Assembly (NCBI GenBank): GCA_963662795.1
Contig: OY759746.1
Span: 3,520,001-3,584,000 of the forward strand
Length of the DNA: 64,000 nucleotides
Direction: 5' to 3'
Source of the DNA: Spirochaetia bacterium
GTDB taxonomy: Bacteria > Spirochaetota > Spirochaetia > CADAEX01
Below are positions 48,592 to 57,704 of this stretch, piece by piece (position 1 is the first letter of the stretch; the number at the start of each line of letters is the position of its first letter). Under the pieces are notes generated by a model. The model searched no databases. It was not told the DNA's origin and saw nothing but the letters and a program-made list of their open reading frames with translations. The position numbers were made by a program, and so were the translations under genes.

Positions 48592-50691
48592 TTGATTCTT
48601 AAAGATAAACAGCTTTTTATCAATGACTATTATATGCCTGGAATGCTGAATGCAGTTACATACAGGACAGGTATTGAAAAAGGGATACTTCAGACAGTAA
48701 AATTCCCGACAGACACTGACAAGGGCTACAGGATCATAACACATAATGATATTCCGGGTGAAAAAAACATAAACTTTTTCGGAACTTCCATTCCTGTTCT
48801 GTCTGATTATGATATTAATTTCAGGGGAGAACCTCTTTTTATTATTGTTTATGACAGTGAAGAAAACTACAAAACAGCCCTTAACGGAATTATTCCGGGA
48901 GTAAAGGCAGAGCCCCCCCTCTCTTTTGATATGGACAAAATTGAAGAAAATCAAATAATATATCAAAAAACCTTTTCTCTTGATTCAGGTAATTCTGATT
49001 TGCGTTTTAATGAAACTCTTGAATCAGATGAATCCATTATTGCTGTTACGGATAATTTTTACGGCTGCGAATATCACTCAAGATACTGCGAGCCATTTGG
49101 GGCAATTGCTCAGCCGAATAAAAACGGGATAACAATTTATACAGTCTCCCAATGGCCGGATCATGTTAGAAAAAGTGTTGCCGATGTGCTTAACATCAGC
49201 GAGAAAAACGTAAAAGTCATAATCACTGCCTTAAGCTCACCCCTTGAAGGAAGGATATGGTTCCCTTCCCTTATATCTACCCAGGCTGCTGTTGCCGCTT
49301 ATAAAACGGGAAAACCTGTAAAACTTATCCTTTCCAGATATGAAACATATAACTTTACTCCGCGGCAGCATCCATTTCGCATCACGCATAAGACGTGGGT
49401 TTCAAGAGGCAGTCTTCTTAAAATGAACATCAATCTTGATATTGATGCCGGGGCATATCCTCTTGTTATTGATGAGCTGCTTGAAAAAGTATTTATACCG
49501 GCATCTGGACTTTATGACTGCAGCGATATAACCCTGAAATTGAGAATAATAAAAACAAGCAAACCGCCAATGTCCTTTATTTCAAGTTTTAATTTTTCAC
49601 AAATAGTGATTTCACTTGAAAAACATATTTCAAATATTATCCGCCGGGAAAGAATGAGTCCTTTAATATGGCGAAAAGAAAATATTCTATCTGATACGAT
49701 CAAAAAAAACACTTTTTTCAATGTACCTGGTGATGATGTAAAGAATATAATCTCAAACAGGAGCAGCGCATCAGAAATACTGAACCGTGTTTCAAAAGCC
49801 GCAGATTTCGAAAGAAAATATGCCTCTTATGAATTACTCAGGTTAAATAAACAAAAAAACATGAAAACACATTCATCAGGGATTGGGATTTCACTTTCCT
49901 TTTTCAACAACACAATTCCTTTTAAATCAATGACCAAGGACAAGTTATCACTGAAGCTGCTGCTCGACAGTAAATCAAACCTTAATATTTACACAACAAC
50001 AGTTCCGGATGGAATTCATAATTATGATATATGGAAAAACACAGCAAGTGATATACTGGGAATACCGGCAGATAATATTTTCATCCTTCCGCATAATACA
50101 GATTTTGCCCCTTCTTCCTCAGCATATCCGTTTTCAAAAGGGCTTTCAGGTTTTAACGAACTGCTTAAAAAGGGATGCCAGAATCTTCAGAAAAAGAGGT
50201 TCAGGAATCCTCTCCCCATAGAAATCAATACTTCGCTTACTCTCAATATGCTCAACAAAGATGATTATTCATGGGGAGCTGCCGTTGTTGAACTTTCTGT
50301 CGACAATCATACCTATGAAATTGAAATAAAAAATATTTCGTGCAGCTTTGACTGCGGTCATATCATACATAAGGAAATTATTGACAAAACTGTCTATTCA
50401 GGAATTATTGACAGTTTAAGCTGGATATCAGGGGCGGAAAATATGTCTGCGGATAAAAACAGACTTATCCAGAATGATAATATCTGGCATTTTTTCAATA
50501 TTCCAATCTATACTGAATACAGCAATAATATGAAGAAAAACAGACCACTTTTAATCGGAGATTTACCGCTTTCACTAATAGCTGGTGCTTATTACAGCGC
50601 CCTGAATCAGGCATTGGGTATAGATTTTGACAGAATGCCTGTAACACCAGAAAAAATACATAAATTATTAAAAACATACAGGTCAAAATGA
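48592..50691 (+). CDS. xanthine dehydrogenase-family large subunit with degenerate Moco motifs
   Basis: Hammerhead-like N-terminus (D.YMPGML, ITHNDIPG, GEP), AAYKTGKPVKL, DAGAY, DCGHII and PVTPEKI. SD GGAGG precedes a TTG start. Confidence 0.8.
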   Translation: MILKDKQLFINDYYMPGMLNAVTYRTGIEKGILQTVKFPTDTDKGYRIITHNDIPGEKNINFFGTSIPVLSDYDINFRGEPLFIIVYDSEENYKTALNGIIPGVKAEPPLSFDMDKIEENQIIYQKTFSLDSGNSDLRFNETLESDESIIAVTDNFYGCEYHSRYCEPFGAIAQPNKNGITIYTVSQWPDHVRKSVADVLNISEKNVKVIITALSSPLEGRIWFPSLISTQAAVAAYKTGKPVKLILSRYETYNFTPRQHPFRITHKTWVSRGSLLKMNINLDIDAGAYPLVIDELLEKVFIPASGLYDCSDITLKLRIIKTSKPPMSFISSFNFSQIVISLEKHISNIIRRERMSPLIWRKENILSDTIKKNTFFNVPGDDVKNIISNRSSASEILNRVSKAADFERKYASYELLRLNKQKNMKTHSSGIGISLSFFNNTIPFKSMTKDKLSLKLLLDSKSNLNIYTTTVPDGIHNYDIWKNTASDILGIPADNIFILPHNTDFAPSSSAYPFSKGLSGFNELLKKGCQNLQKKRFRNPLPIEINTSLTLNMLNKDDYSWGAAVVELSVDNHTYEIEIKNISCSFDCGHIIHKEIIDKTVYSGIIDSLSWISGAENMSADKNRLIQNDNIWHFFNIPIYTEYSNNMKKNRPLLIGDLPLSLIAGAYYSALNQALGIDFDRMPVTPEKIHKLLKTYRSK

Positions 50692-51173
50692 TTATAAGAT
50701 TTATACTTAACAGCATTGAAGCTGTAATAGATGTCAACCCCCACTCCCGTCTTTCAAGTATTCTCAGGGATAATTTCGGACTTCTTTCAACAAAGGAAAG
50801 CTGTTATAACGGCGAATGCGGTGCGTGTACTGTTCTTCTTGACGATGAACCGGTACCTGCCTGTGTCATACCGGTTTTTACTGTAAAAAACAGATCTGTA
50901 GTCACACTGGAAGGTTTTGAAAAAACAGAAAACTACGAGATAATCAGAAAATCTTTGAAATCATCAGGTTGTAATCTGTGCAAATACTGCTATCAGGGCA
51001 GAATACTTGTTATTCATCATCTTCTTCAGCAATATTCAGAACTTAACGACAACGAAATATTTGAAGCCCTTTCAGGAAACAGATGTGAGTGTACCGATTT
51101 CAAATCACTGAAAAAAGGAATTAAACTTGCAAATCTTACACTTAACAGAAAGAAAAAAGCAGGAAAAATATAA
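50688..51173 (+). CDS. [2Fe-2S] subunit (CoxS/XdhC-type)
   Basis: C-x4-C-x2-C-x11-C (CYNGECGACTVL...C) plus CKYC and GNRCEC. Confidence 0.9.
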   Translation: MIIRFILNSIEAVIDVNPHSRLSSILRDNFGLLSTKESCYNGECGACTVLLDDEPVPACVIPVFTVKNRSVVTLEGFEKTENYEIIRKSLKSSGCNLCKYCYQGRILVIHHLLQQYSELNDNEIFEALSGNRCECTDFKSLKKGIKLANLTLNRKKKAGKI

Positions 51174-52013
51174 ATGCCTACAATTTATGAACCAAAAAAC
51201 CTGAATTCCCTGCTGAATATAATTAAAAGACATCCGTATTCCATAATTTTTTCCGGCGGCCTTGAGACAGTTCTATCATCAAACGCACGAATCCCTTTAC
51301 TGCCTGACAATATTGTCTATATAGGGAAAATAGAGGAACTCCAGAAAATGAAGCGGTCTGAAAGATATCTTGAAATCGGCTGCGGGACAAGAATAAGTCA
51401 CATCATTGATAAAGGAAAAAATATTATACCGATAATTCTTCTGGAAGCACTAAAAAAAATTACACCTCCAAATTTAAAAAACATATTGACTATCGGCGGA
51501 TTGCTGTGTTCAAAAATTGAAAGAAACAGTGTCTTTGCCGTTTTATGTATTCTTGATGCCGCACTTGAAATCAGATCAGCAGGCTCATCCAGATGGATTA
51601 ATACAAGTCAGCTTTTCAACGGAGATGTTATTGATATTGCGCCTGACGAAATACTCACTAAAATAAGGCTGTTTCTGGGTGACTATGATATAAACATACA
51701 CCGGGAAATTGACAATGATTTCAGTGACAACGGGAATTTGATCACATTTTCAGCAATAGCAAAGATCACCAAAGGTAATATCAGTTTATTGAAATTCATT
51801 TTCAGCATATCAGATCAATTTATAATAAGGAACAAGGAAATAGAGGCGGAACTTACCGGGCAGAACCTTCCGGTAACAGATAAATCTTTTGCCGTTTCAG
51901 TTGCTCATTTTTCTGATGAACTCTCAAAAAAATATACGTCGATAAGCCCGTACAGGCAGGATATAATAAAAAATGTGTTCTCCTGGTTTCTTGATGAACT
52001 CAACTATTATTGA
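51174..52013 (+). CDS. FAD-binding subunit (CoxM/XdhB-type), divergent
   Basis: YEPKNL, FSGG, LEIG, LKNILTIGG and DEILTKI. Confidence 0.8.
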   Translation: MPTIYEPKNLNSLLNIIKRHPYSIIFSGGLETVLSSNARIPLLPDNIVYIGKIEELQKMKRSERYLEIGCGTRISHIIDKGKNIIPIILLEALKKITPPNLKNILTIGGLLCSKIERNSVFAVLCILDAALEIRSAGSSRWINTSQLFNGDVIDIAPDEILTKIRLFLGDYDINIHREIDNDFSDNGNLITFSAIAKITKGNISLLKFIFSISDQFIIRNKEIEAELTGQNLPVTDKSFAVSVAHFSDELSKKYTSISPYRQDIIKNVFSWFLDELNYY

Positions 52014-52030
52014 ATTTAATAATTGTTATA

Positions 52031-53911
52031 CTAACTTAAAAAAATCAATGACAACTGAGGTACAAATGTTATTATCAGTACCGCAAAAAGCATTATTATA
52101 AAAAAAGGTATTATTGACATATAAACATCCTCAAGAGGCTGCTCAAATCTGTAGCTGGCAAGAAAAAGATTAAGCCCTACAGGCGGAGTAAGATAACCGA
52201 GCTCAAGATTTGCCAGAAATATAATACCGAGGTGAACAGGATTTATACCGTATATTTCTCCAAGAGGCACAATTAGCGGAACAACAACAATGATTGCTGA
52301 AAAAATATCCATAAGACAGCCGGTTAATAATAATATTATATTAAGAAGTATTAAAAAAACAATTTTTGAAGTTATACGTGCTGCAATCCATTCGCTTAAC
52401 CGCTGGGGAATCATTTCATCGATCATGTAAAAAGAGAGCGCTTTGGACATTCCAAGAATGATAAGTATTCCCCCTATTACCGGGACACTTTTTTTCACAA
52501 CGATAATCAACTTGGCGAAATTGAGATTTTTATAAAAAACTGTTTCAATAAAAAGTACATAAATTACTGCTACTGCGCCGGTTTCAACTATTGTCGTAAG
52601 ACCGGAAAAATAACTGACAAGTATAATCAATGGAAGAAGAAGTTCCCAGAATGTATTTTTCATGCTCCTGATTATTTCAACAGGTGAAAATACCTCAGTT
52701 TTGATTTTGTGCTTTCTGGTGTAAACTATTCCGGCTGCAGAGAGAGAAACAACAAGCAAAACTCCCGGAAGTATCCCTGCTATAAAAAGGTTTTTTATAT
52801 CAATATTTGAAATTATACCGTAAAGTATAATCGGCAGACTTGGGGGGAATAAAAGCCCGATACTTCCCGAGGAAGTCAGAATACCTGTGCGGAATTTAGT
52901 GTCAACTCCGTATTTCTCAAGAATCATAAAGAGTATTCCGCCGAGAGCCAGAATTGTTACACCTGACGCCCCGGTAAATGTTGTAAAAAAGGCTGAAATC
53001 ATAACTACAGCAATAATGATACCGCCGGGAAACCAGCCGAAAGCTTTCTTGAAAAACTCTATCATCCTTTCCCCTGCTCTGCTCTCCGAAAGGATAAACC
53101 CGGTAATTGTAAATAACGGAATTGCCGGAATCATGTTTCCTGTAAGTACAGCGTACATTTCATTGACAGCAATCTCTGTATATCCGCCGGAAACAGAAAG
53201 AAGAATATATGTAATTCCGCCGAGAACAATAAAAATGGGGGTTCCAAGAACACCTGAGATAATTATCAGAAAAATCACAGGAAGTTTAAGGACTGTAAGA
53301 ATTAATATGGATTTGTCAAAAAGTATATCGATAAATTCGGGCGGGTTGTCGAACTGGATATGCATGAAATTAGTTACGGAAGATATACTTAAAAATATTC
53401 CTGCCAATAAGGAAATAAATAAAATAATAAACCCTGACTTGCCTGACAAAGCGTTGTCACTTTTAAATATTTCTGATGATTCCCTGAAAATCATTCCTGC
53501 GAGGCAAACTGGAATTATTGCAGTCAGGAATCTTGTGCTTATAATACCGGTTTTCTCATCTGCATCAAAAACTATAAAAATAAATGAGATGGATGCGGCT
53601 AAAAAGGCAGTAAGTATTGATATAACGATAATTTTAGAAACCGCGTATACTGCAGGCTTGTATTTTGAAGGAAGATATTTTTTCCCGGCTTCAATTGACA
53701 GATGATTGTCAGCTGCTGTGGCAAGGTAAGCGCCGGTAAAAGCTATCCATAAAACTATATACCTTGTAATAGAATAGGAAGCTGTAACACCTGTATTCAA
53801 AAATAACCGGACCAATATTTCAAGTGTCGGGACTGCTGCCAGAAGCAGTACAAGAACTGTGGATATTAAAATCAGGATATCATCACTTTTTTTATTTTTG
53901 TCTGTATTCAT
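52031..53911 (-). CDS. TRAP transporter fused DctQ-DctM permease
   Basis: Many TM helices; AIPLF, TGASG, GLLFPPSLP and GYLTPPVGLNLF. Confidence 0.92.
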   Translation of the reverse strand: MNTDKNKKSDDILILISTVLVLLLAAVPTLEILVRLFLNTGVTASYSITRYIVLWIAFTGAYLATAADNHLSIEAGKKYLPSKYKPAVYAVSKIIVISILTAFLAASISFIFIVFDADEKTGIISTRFLTAIIPVCLAGMIFRESSEIFKSDNALSGKSGFIILFISLLAGIFLSISSVTNFMHIQFDNPPEFIDILFDKSILILTVLKLPVIFLIIISGVLGTPIFIVLGGITYILLSVSGGYTEIAVNEMYAVLTGNMIPAIPLFTITGFILSESRAGERMIEFFKKAFGWFPGGIIIAVVMISAFFTTFTGASGVTILALGGILFMILEKYGVDTKFRTGILTSSGSIGLLFPPSLPIILYGIISNIDIKNLFIAGILPGVLLVVSLSAAGIVYTRKHKIKTEVFSPVEIIRSMKNTFWELLLPLIILVSYFSGLTTIVETGAVAVIYVLFIETVFYKNLNFAKLIIVVKKSVPVIGGILIILGMSKALSFYMIDEMIPQRLSEWIAARITSKIVFLILLNIILLLTGCLMDIFSAIIVVVPLIVPLGEIYGINPVHLGIIFLANLELGYLTPPVGLNLFLASYRFEQPLEDVYMSIIPFFIIMLFAVLIITFVPQLSLIFLS

Positions 53912-54872
53912 TTATATACTTTTTTATTTCTGTAAAAAGAGATGTACTGATGGATTCGTCAACAAACAGTTTGACTCCATCTTCAACAATTTTCTCCCAT
54001 GCTTTTACAGCTTCCGGTGTTACCGGTACAGATACAAGTCCTTTCTGCTTCATCACATCAAGTCCTTCATTTTCAATAACAGTAATTTTCCCGTAAAACT
54101 GATTCAGTATTTCACCGGTTCTTTTAATCAGAAGCGGTTTATAGCTGTCCTTAACCTTTCTCCACGTTCTGTCGCTTATTGTAAGCAATCCGTAAACAGG
54201 CGCAATCTCTAAATCAAGCATAAATGGAGTATACTCCGCAAGGCCCATAGCGTTTGCCGCATAGGGGGTTATATAAGTCCCTTCAGCCATACCGCTGTAT
54301 ATACCTGACATAAGATCAGAAAGAGAAAGCGGAATAACTTTGAAACCAATATTCTGCCAAATCTGAATTATCTTATCATCAGTATTATCAACTGCAAGTT
54401 TAATCTGCTTCAGATCATCAGGATATAATACTTTTGATTTTGTAAACCATTTAACCCATCCTGTCATTGTCCAGCCAAGAGGGACAAAACCATTTTCTTC
54501 AAGTTTTTTATCAAACTGCGGTTTTATCTTTTCAAAAACATATTCGAATTCCTTATCATCCTTTACAAGCATGGGAATGCTTAAAGCGAAAAGATCATTT
54601 GATATACTTTTAATCCCCTGTGAAGTAAGCGCGGCAGCATTAAGTCTTCCCAGTTTGATTTTTCTGATAATATCTTCTTCATCTCCGACTGTTCCGCCTG
54701 AATATATTTTAACCGAAATTTCGCCGCCTGATATCCTTGTCCATTCAGATGCAATTTCCTTGAGCGTTGTCTCCCAGGCAGAACCTGCCGGCGCAACTGT
54801 TCCTATCTTTATTTCCTGAGCAAAAGCAGCTGTTGAAATGAATACAAATAAAATAATAAATATCTTTTTCAT
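53892..54872 (-). CDS. dctP: TRAP substrate-binding protein DctP (TatP-like)
   Basis: IKIGTVAPAGSAW, GGTVGDE and signal peptide. Confidence 0.9.
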   Translation of the reverse strand: MKKIFIILFVFISTAAFAQEIKIGTVAPAGSAWETTLKEIASEWTRISGGEISVKIYSGGTVGDEEDIIRKIKLGRLNAAALTSQGIKSISNDLFALSIPMLVKDDKEFEYVFEKIKPQFDKKLEENGFVPLGWTMTGWVKWFTKSKVLYPDDLKQIKLAVDNTDDKIIQIWQNIGFKVIPLSLSDLMSGIYSGMAEGTYITPYAANAMGLAEYTPFMLDLEIAPVYGLLTISDRTWRKVKDSYKPLLIKRTGEILNQFYGKITVIENEGLDVMKQKGLVSVPVTPEAVKAWEKIVEDGVKLFVDESISTSLFTEIKKYINEYRQK

Positions 54873-54898
54873 AATACCCCGCAGTAAAATGCCTGAAA

Positions 54899-55837
54899 CT
54901 AATCTACAAGAAAAAAATTATCAATATTTTCCAGATACCAGGCAGCCTTTTGTTTCATTATCGTATTTTCAAGCCTGTTCTCAGGATAACTGTCAATATC
55001 AAGTTTCAATGCAGTTTCAAGCATTTTCCTAAATTCTTCAAGACCTTCCCTGGACTGATTTTTAACACTTACTGATGATGCATAAGCAATATATGGAGAA
55101 ACCCGGCTCCCTTCTGATAACTTCAAGGCTTTTTTAAAGTGATATTCCGCCTTTTCAAGGCTTCCTCCCATTGATTCAGGTATGGAAGCATAATAACGCA
55201 GAAAATATTCATGAAGCGCACCGCGTCCCATATCAGGGTCAAGGCTGTATGCTCTGAACATAAGATCTATTGCAGTGTTCCGTAAAGGAGCCAGATGCGG
55301 ATCAGTCAAATCTATTGTAATTGCGCTCATAAGACCGGCGCCGAGCCAGTAAAGGGAATCAACATCGCTTTCTTCATAATCTGTTTCAATACTTTTTTTG
55401 TCAGAAAGATCAATTTTGATTTTATGCTTTAATTCAAGTGATTCTTTCAGGTAGTTGCAACCCCTTATATACATTTTTTTTGCCCGGTCATACATTTCCG
55501 ACTGCTTTTTCCATTCAGTATAATCAAGCATATCGGCAGGTGTCTGTATGAAAAGGTTTGAATATATAATAAAAAGTTTACCGGCAGAAGCTTTAAGTTC
55601 AGGGTTATCCGGATCATTAATAATCAGCATCTCGTTGATTTTCAAAAGAAGAGGAAGCGCGTCCCCGACAAGCCGGGGATCATCATCTGCTGTAAAAACA
55701 GCTTCTCCCCCCCCGGAAAAAGATTTTGAAACAGCTTTTACCGCCATTTTGTTAATTGAACAGGAATTTAAAAAAACCAAGGCACCAATCACATAAAAAA
55801 GAAAAATAATTTTTTTTATTTTAAAAAGGTCTTTCAT
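54899..55837 (-). CDS. TRAP-associated TPR lipoprotein TatT
   Basis: Lipobox FLNSC, DDPRLVGDALP, GG..EKA.YHF..AL and ENRLEN. Lies directly upstream of dctP. Confidence 0.88.
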   Translation of the reverse strand: MKDLFKIKKIIFLFYVIGALVFLNSCSINKMAVKAVSKSFSGGGEAVFTADDDPRLVGDALPLLLKINEMLIINDPDNPELKASAGKLFIIYSNLFIQTPADMLDYTEWKKQSEMYDRAKKMYIRGCNYLKESLELKHKIKIDLSDKKSIETDYEESDVDSLYWLGAGLMSAITIDLTDPHLAPLRNTAIDLMFRAYSLDPDMGRGALHEYFLRYYASIPESMGGSLEKAEYHFKKALKLSEGSRVSPYIAYASSVSVKNQSREGLEEFRKMLETALKLDIDSYPENRLENTIMKQKAAWYLENIDNFFLVD

Positions 55838-56325
55838 TCAATAGCTTCCTTAAAATCAGGGAAACTTCCCTTATATAGTTTAATCCGTTTTGTGAGAAGT
55901 GAGTCAAAAGTATTTGCGAAATTTTGTATATCTTTTAAGCTGAAACTGGTCTCTTCATTGATTTTAAGCCCTGATTCTCTCATTACAAGCATAATATTGC
56001 GGATTGAAAGTCGCTCCCCTATATTCTCTCTGGTATAAGCAGAACCCCTGTCGTTAATTACACTGACATTTCGCTGCACAAGCTCATGGGCAAGTGGAAT
56101 ATCCCTTGTAATAACAATATCAAATTCACCTGCAAATTCAAGTATATAATTATCTGCGCTGTCAGGGCCTTCTTCAACAATAACATCTGTTATAATACCT
56201 GATTTTCTATGAGGTATTTTCCTGTTCGCAACAAGAACAAGAGGCGTTGAAGTCCTTATTGCCGCATTCTCAATTATCTCTCTTATTTTAACGGGACACG
56301 AATCAGCATCAATCCATATTTTCAT
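55834..56325 (-). CDS. YaiI/YqxD (DUF188) family protein
   Basis: IWIDADSCPV, DSADN and ITRDIPLA. Confidence 0.92.
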   Translation of the reverse strand: MKIWIDADSCPVKIREIIENAAIRTSTPLVLVANRKIPHRKSGIITDVIVEEGPDSADNYILEFAGEFDIVITRDIPLAHELVQRNVSVINDRGSAYTRENIGERLSIRNIMLVMRESGLKINEETSFSLKDIQNFANTFDSLLTKRIKLYKGSFPDFKEAIE

Positions 56326-57581
56326 ATATTTACCGATGCCCTGTAAAGACAGCCTTTACCTTTTATAGTATAATTATCTGTACAGGCAGGGATCAGGAAA
56401 CTGTCTCCGTTATTAAACAGGTATGCCTGTTCTTTATCAGCTGTTTTAACACTGCACTGCTCTCCTGTAAAGAAAAAAAGTTCAATACTTTTCTCTGAAC
56501 CGCTGCTGGTAAAATTCCCGGACTCAAGTGAAATTACAGAAAAAACAAATTCATCCGCAGGTGTTACAAATATTGTTTCAGTATGCGATTTATAAGGTCT
56601 CAGTGTTTCAGTATCTGATGGTGAAAATTCCGTTATTTCAAGAAGCAGACTGGTATCGACATGTTTTTTTGTAAGGCCTCCCCTTATAACATTATCGGAA
56701 CTTGCCATTACCTCAAACCCGGTACCTTTAATGTAGGCATGGAGTTCTCCTGCCGGAATAAAAAGAGCCTCTCCGGGACGCAGTTCCATTAAATTCAGGA
56801 AAAGAGGAGACAGCACTCCACAGTCATAACCATAAATTTCAAACAATAAATTTATTGCTTTTTCAATTGGTCCGTTACTTTCAGTGCACTTTTGCAGAGT
56901 CTGGTCAATCATTTTTTTAAGTGCAGTTTTATCTGAAAGCAAAAGTACTGCGAAAAGGTCCCTGACGCTGTCCGGGCTGCTGATTCCGGAGGTATTGGTA
57001 AGGAAGTTCTGTTTACCGCATCTCTTTCCGCTCTTATCTTTTTCTCTTTCACCCAATAATGGGGCGTATTTTTCTACATCTCTGCAGATATCTTCACCAT
57101 TTCTAAAACCTTTCATAAGGGAAAAGTCAGTGAGGGCATAAATAAGTTCCGGCTTATGATTGCGGTCTTTATAGTTTCTGCTGCTGCTGTTTATATCTAT
57201 TTTTCTCTTTTCTTCGTCTGCAAAACCTTTTTCAGCCTCATATTTTGCCGGATGTACCTGTATTGATAAAGCTCTCTCAGCTGCAATAATCTTGAACAAA
57301 AAAGGAAGTTTCCCGCCGTATTTTTTACTGCACCTGCTTCCAAGTACTGAAGAGCTGTTTTTTTCTATGAATCGGGATATTCTGACAGCGTTTCCTTCTG
57401 AATCAATTACAGACCCTTCCCCTTTTGGGTGGCTTCCGATCCATAGCTCGGCGACAGGTTTACCTTCAAGCTCTTTATTCCCTGTTATTTTCTGTATGCT
57501 GTATGGTGAACCCCAGTCATAATCCTTAAGAACAGGAATAAATTTGAATACACGGCATAGAGAATTATCAATACTTTCCAT
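56322..57581 (-). CDS. manA: mannose-6-phosphate isomerase class I
   Basis: YDWGS, AELWIGSHP, LSIQVHP, NHKPEL, HAY and SDNVIRGGLT.K. Confidence 0.93.
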   Translation of the reverse strand: MESIDNSLCRVFKFIPVLKDYDWGSPYSIQKITGNKELEGKPVAELWIGSHPKGEGSVIDSEGNAVRISRFIEKNSSSVLGSRCSKKYGGKLPFLFKIIAAERALSIQVHPAKYEAEKGFADEEKRKIDINSSSRNYKDRNHKPELIYALTDFSLMKGFRNGEDICRDVEKYAPLLGEREKDKSGKRCGKQNFLTNTSGISSPDSVRDLFAVLLLSDKTALKKMIDQTLQKCTESNGPIEKAINLLFEIYGYDCGVLSPLFLNLMELRPGEALFIPAGELHAYIKGTGFEVMASSDNVIRGGLTKKHVDTSLLLEITEFSPSDTETLRPYKSHTETIFVTPADEFVFSVISLESGNFTSSGSEKSIELFFFTGEQCSVKTADKEQAYLFNNGDSFLIPACTDNYTIKGKGCLYRASVNI

Positions 57582-57658
57582 TTAAAAACCCCAATTTAAC
57601 ATTTACCTATTTTAACAATTATTTAATACTATGTATATTTTAAAAATCTAAGTATAAC

Positions 57659-57686
57659 TTGACTATACAGATATTCAATTTATAAT
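57659..57686 (+). promoter_or_regulatory. sigma70 promoter of pfp
   Basis: TTGACT-16nt-TATAAT, then SD AAGGAG and a TTG start. Confidence 0.65.
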
Positions 57687-57704
57687 GGGGAAAAGGAGAA
57701 AAAA

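Noticed and set aside
48592-50691. Calling the large XDH-like gene a pseudogene or a functional xanthine/CO dehydrogenase
   Set aside because: The ORF is intact with a strong SD and coupled neighbours, so it is not a pseudogene; the missing Moco and catalytic motifs do not support a standard enzyme call.
52887-53705. 272-aa antisense ORF over dctQM
   Set aside because: Shadow frame of a well-supported membrane protein gene.
55707-55714. G8 tract (minus strand) in tatT as a phase-variation site
   Set aside because: In frame, explained by Gly-Gly-Gly codons and short; no evidence of variation.
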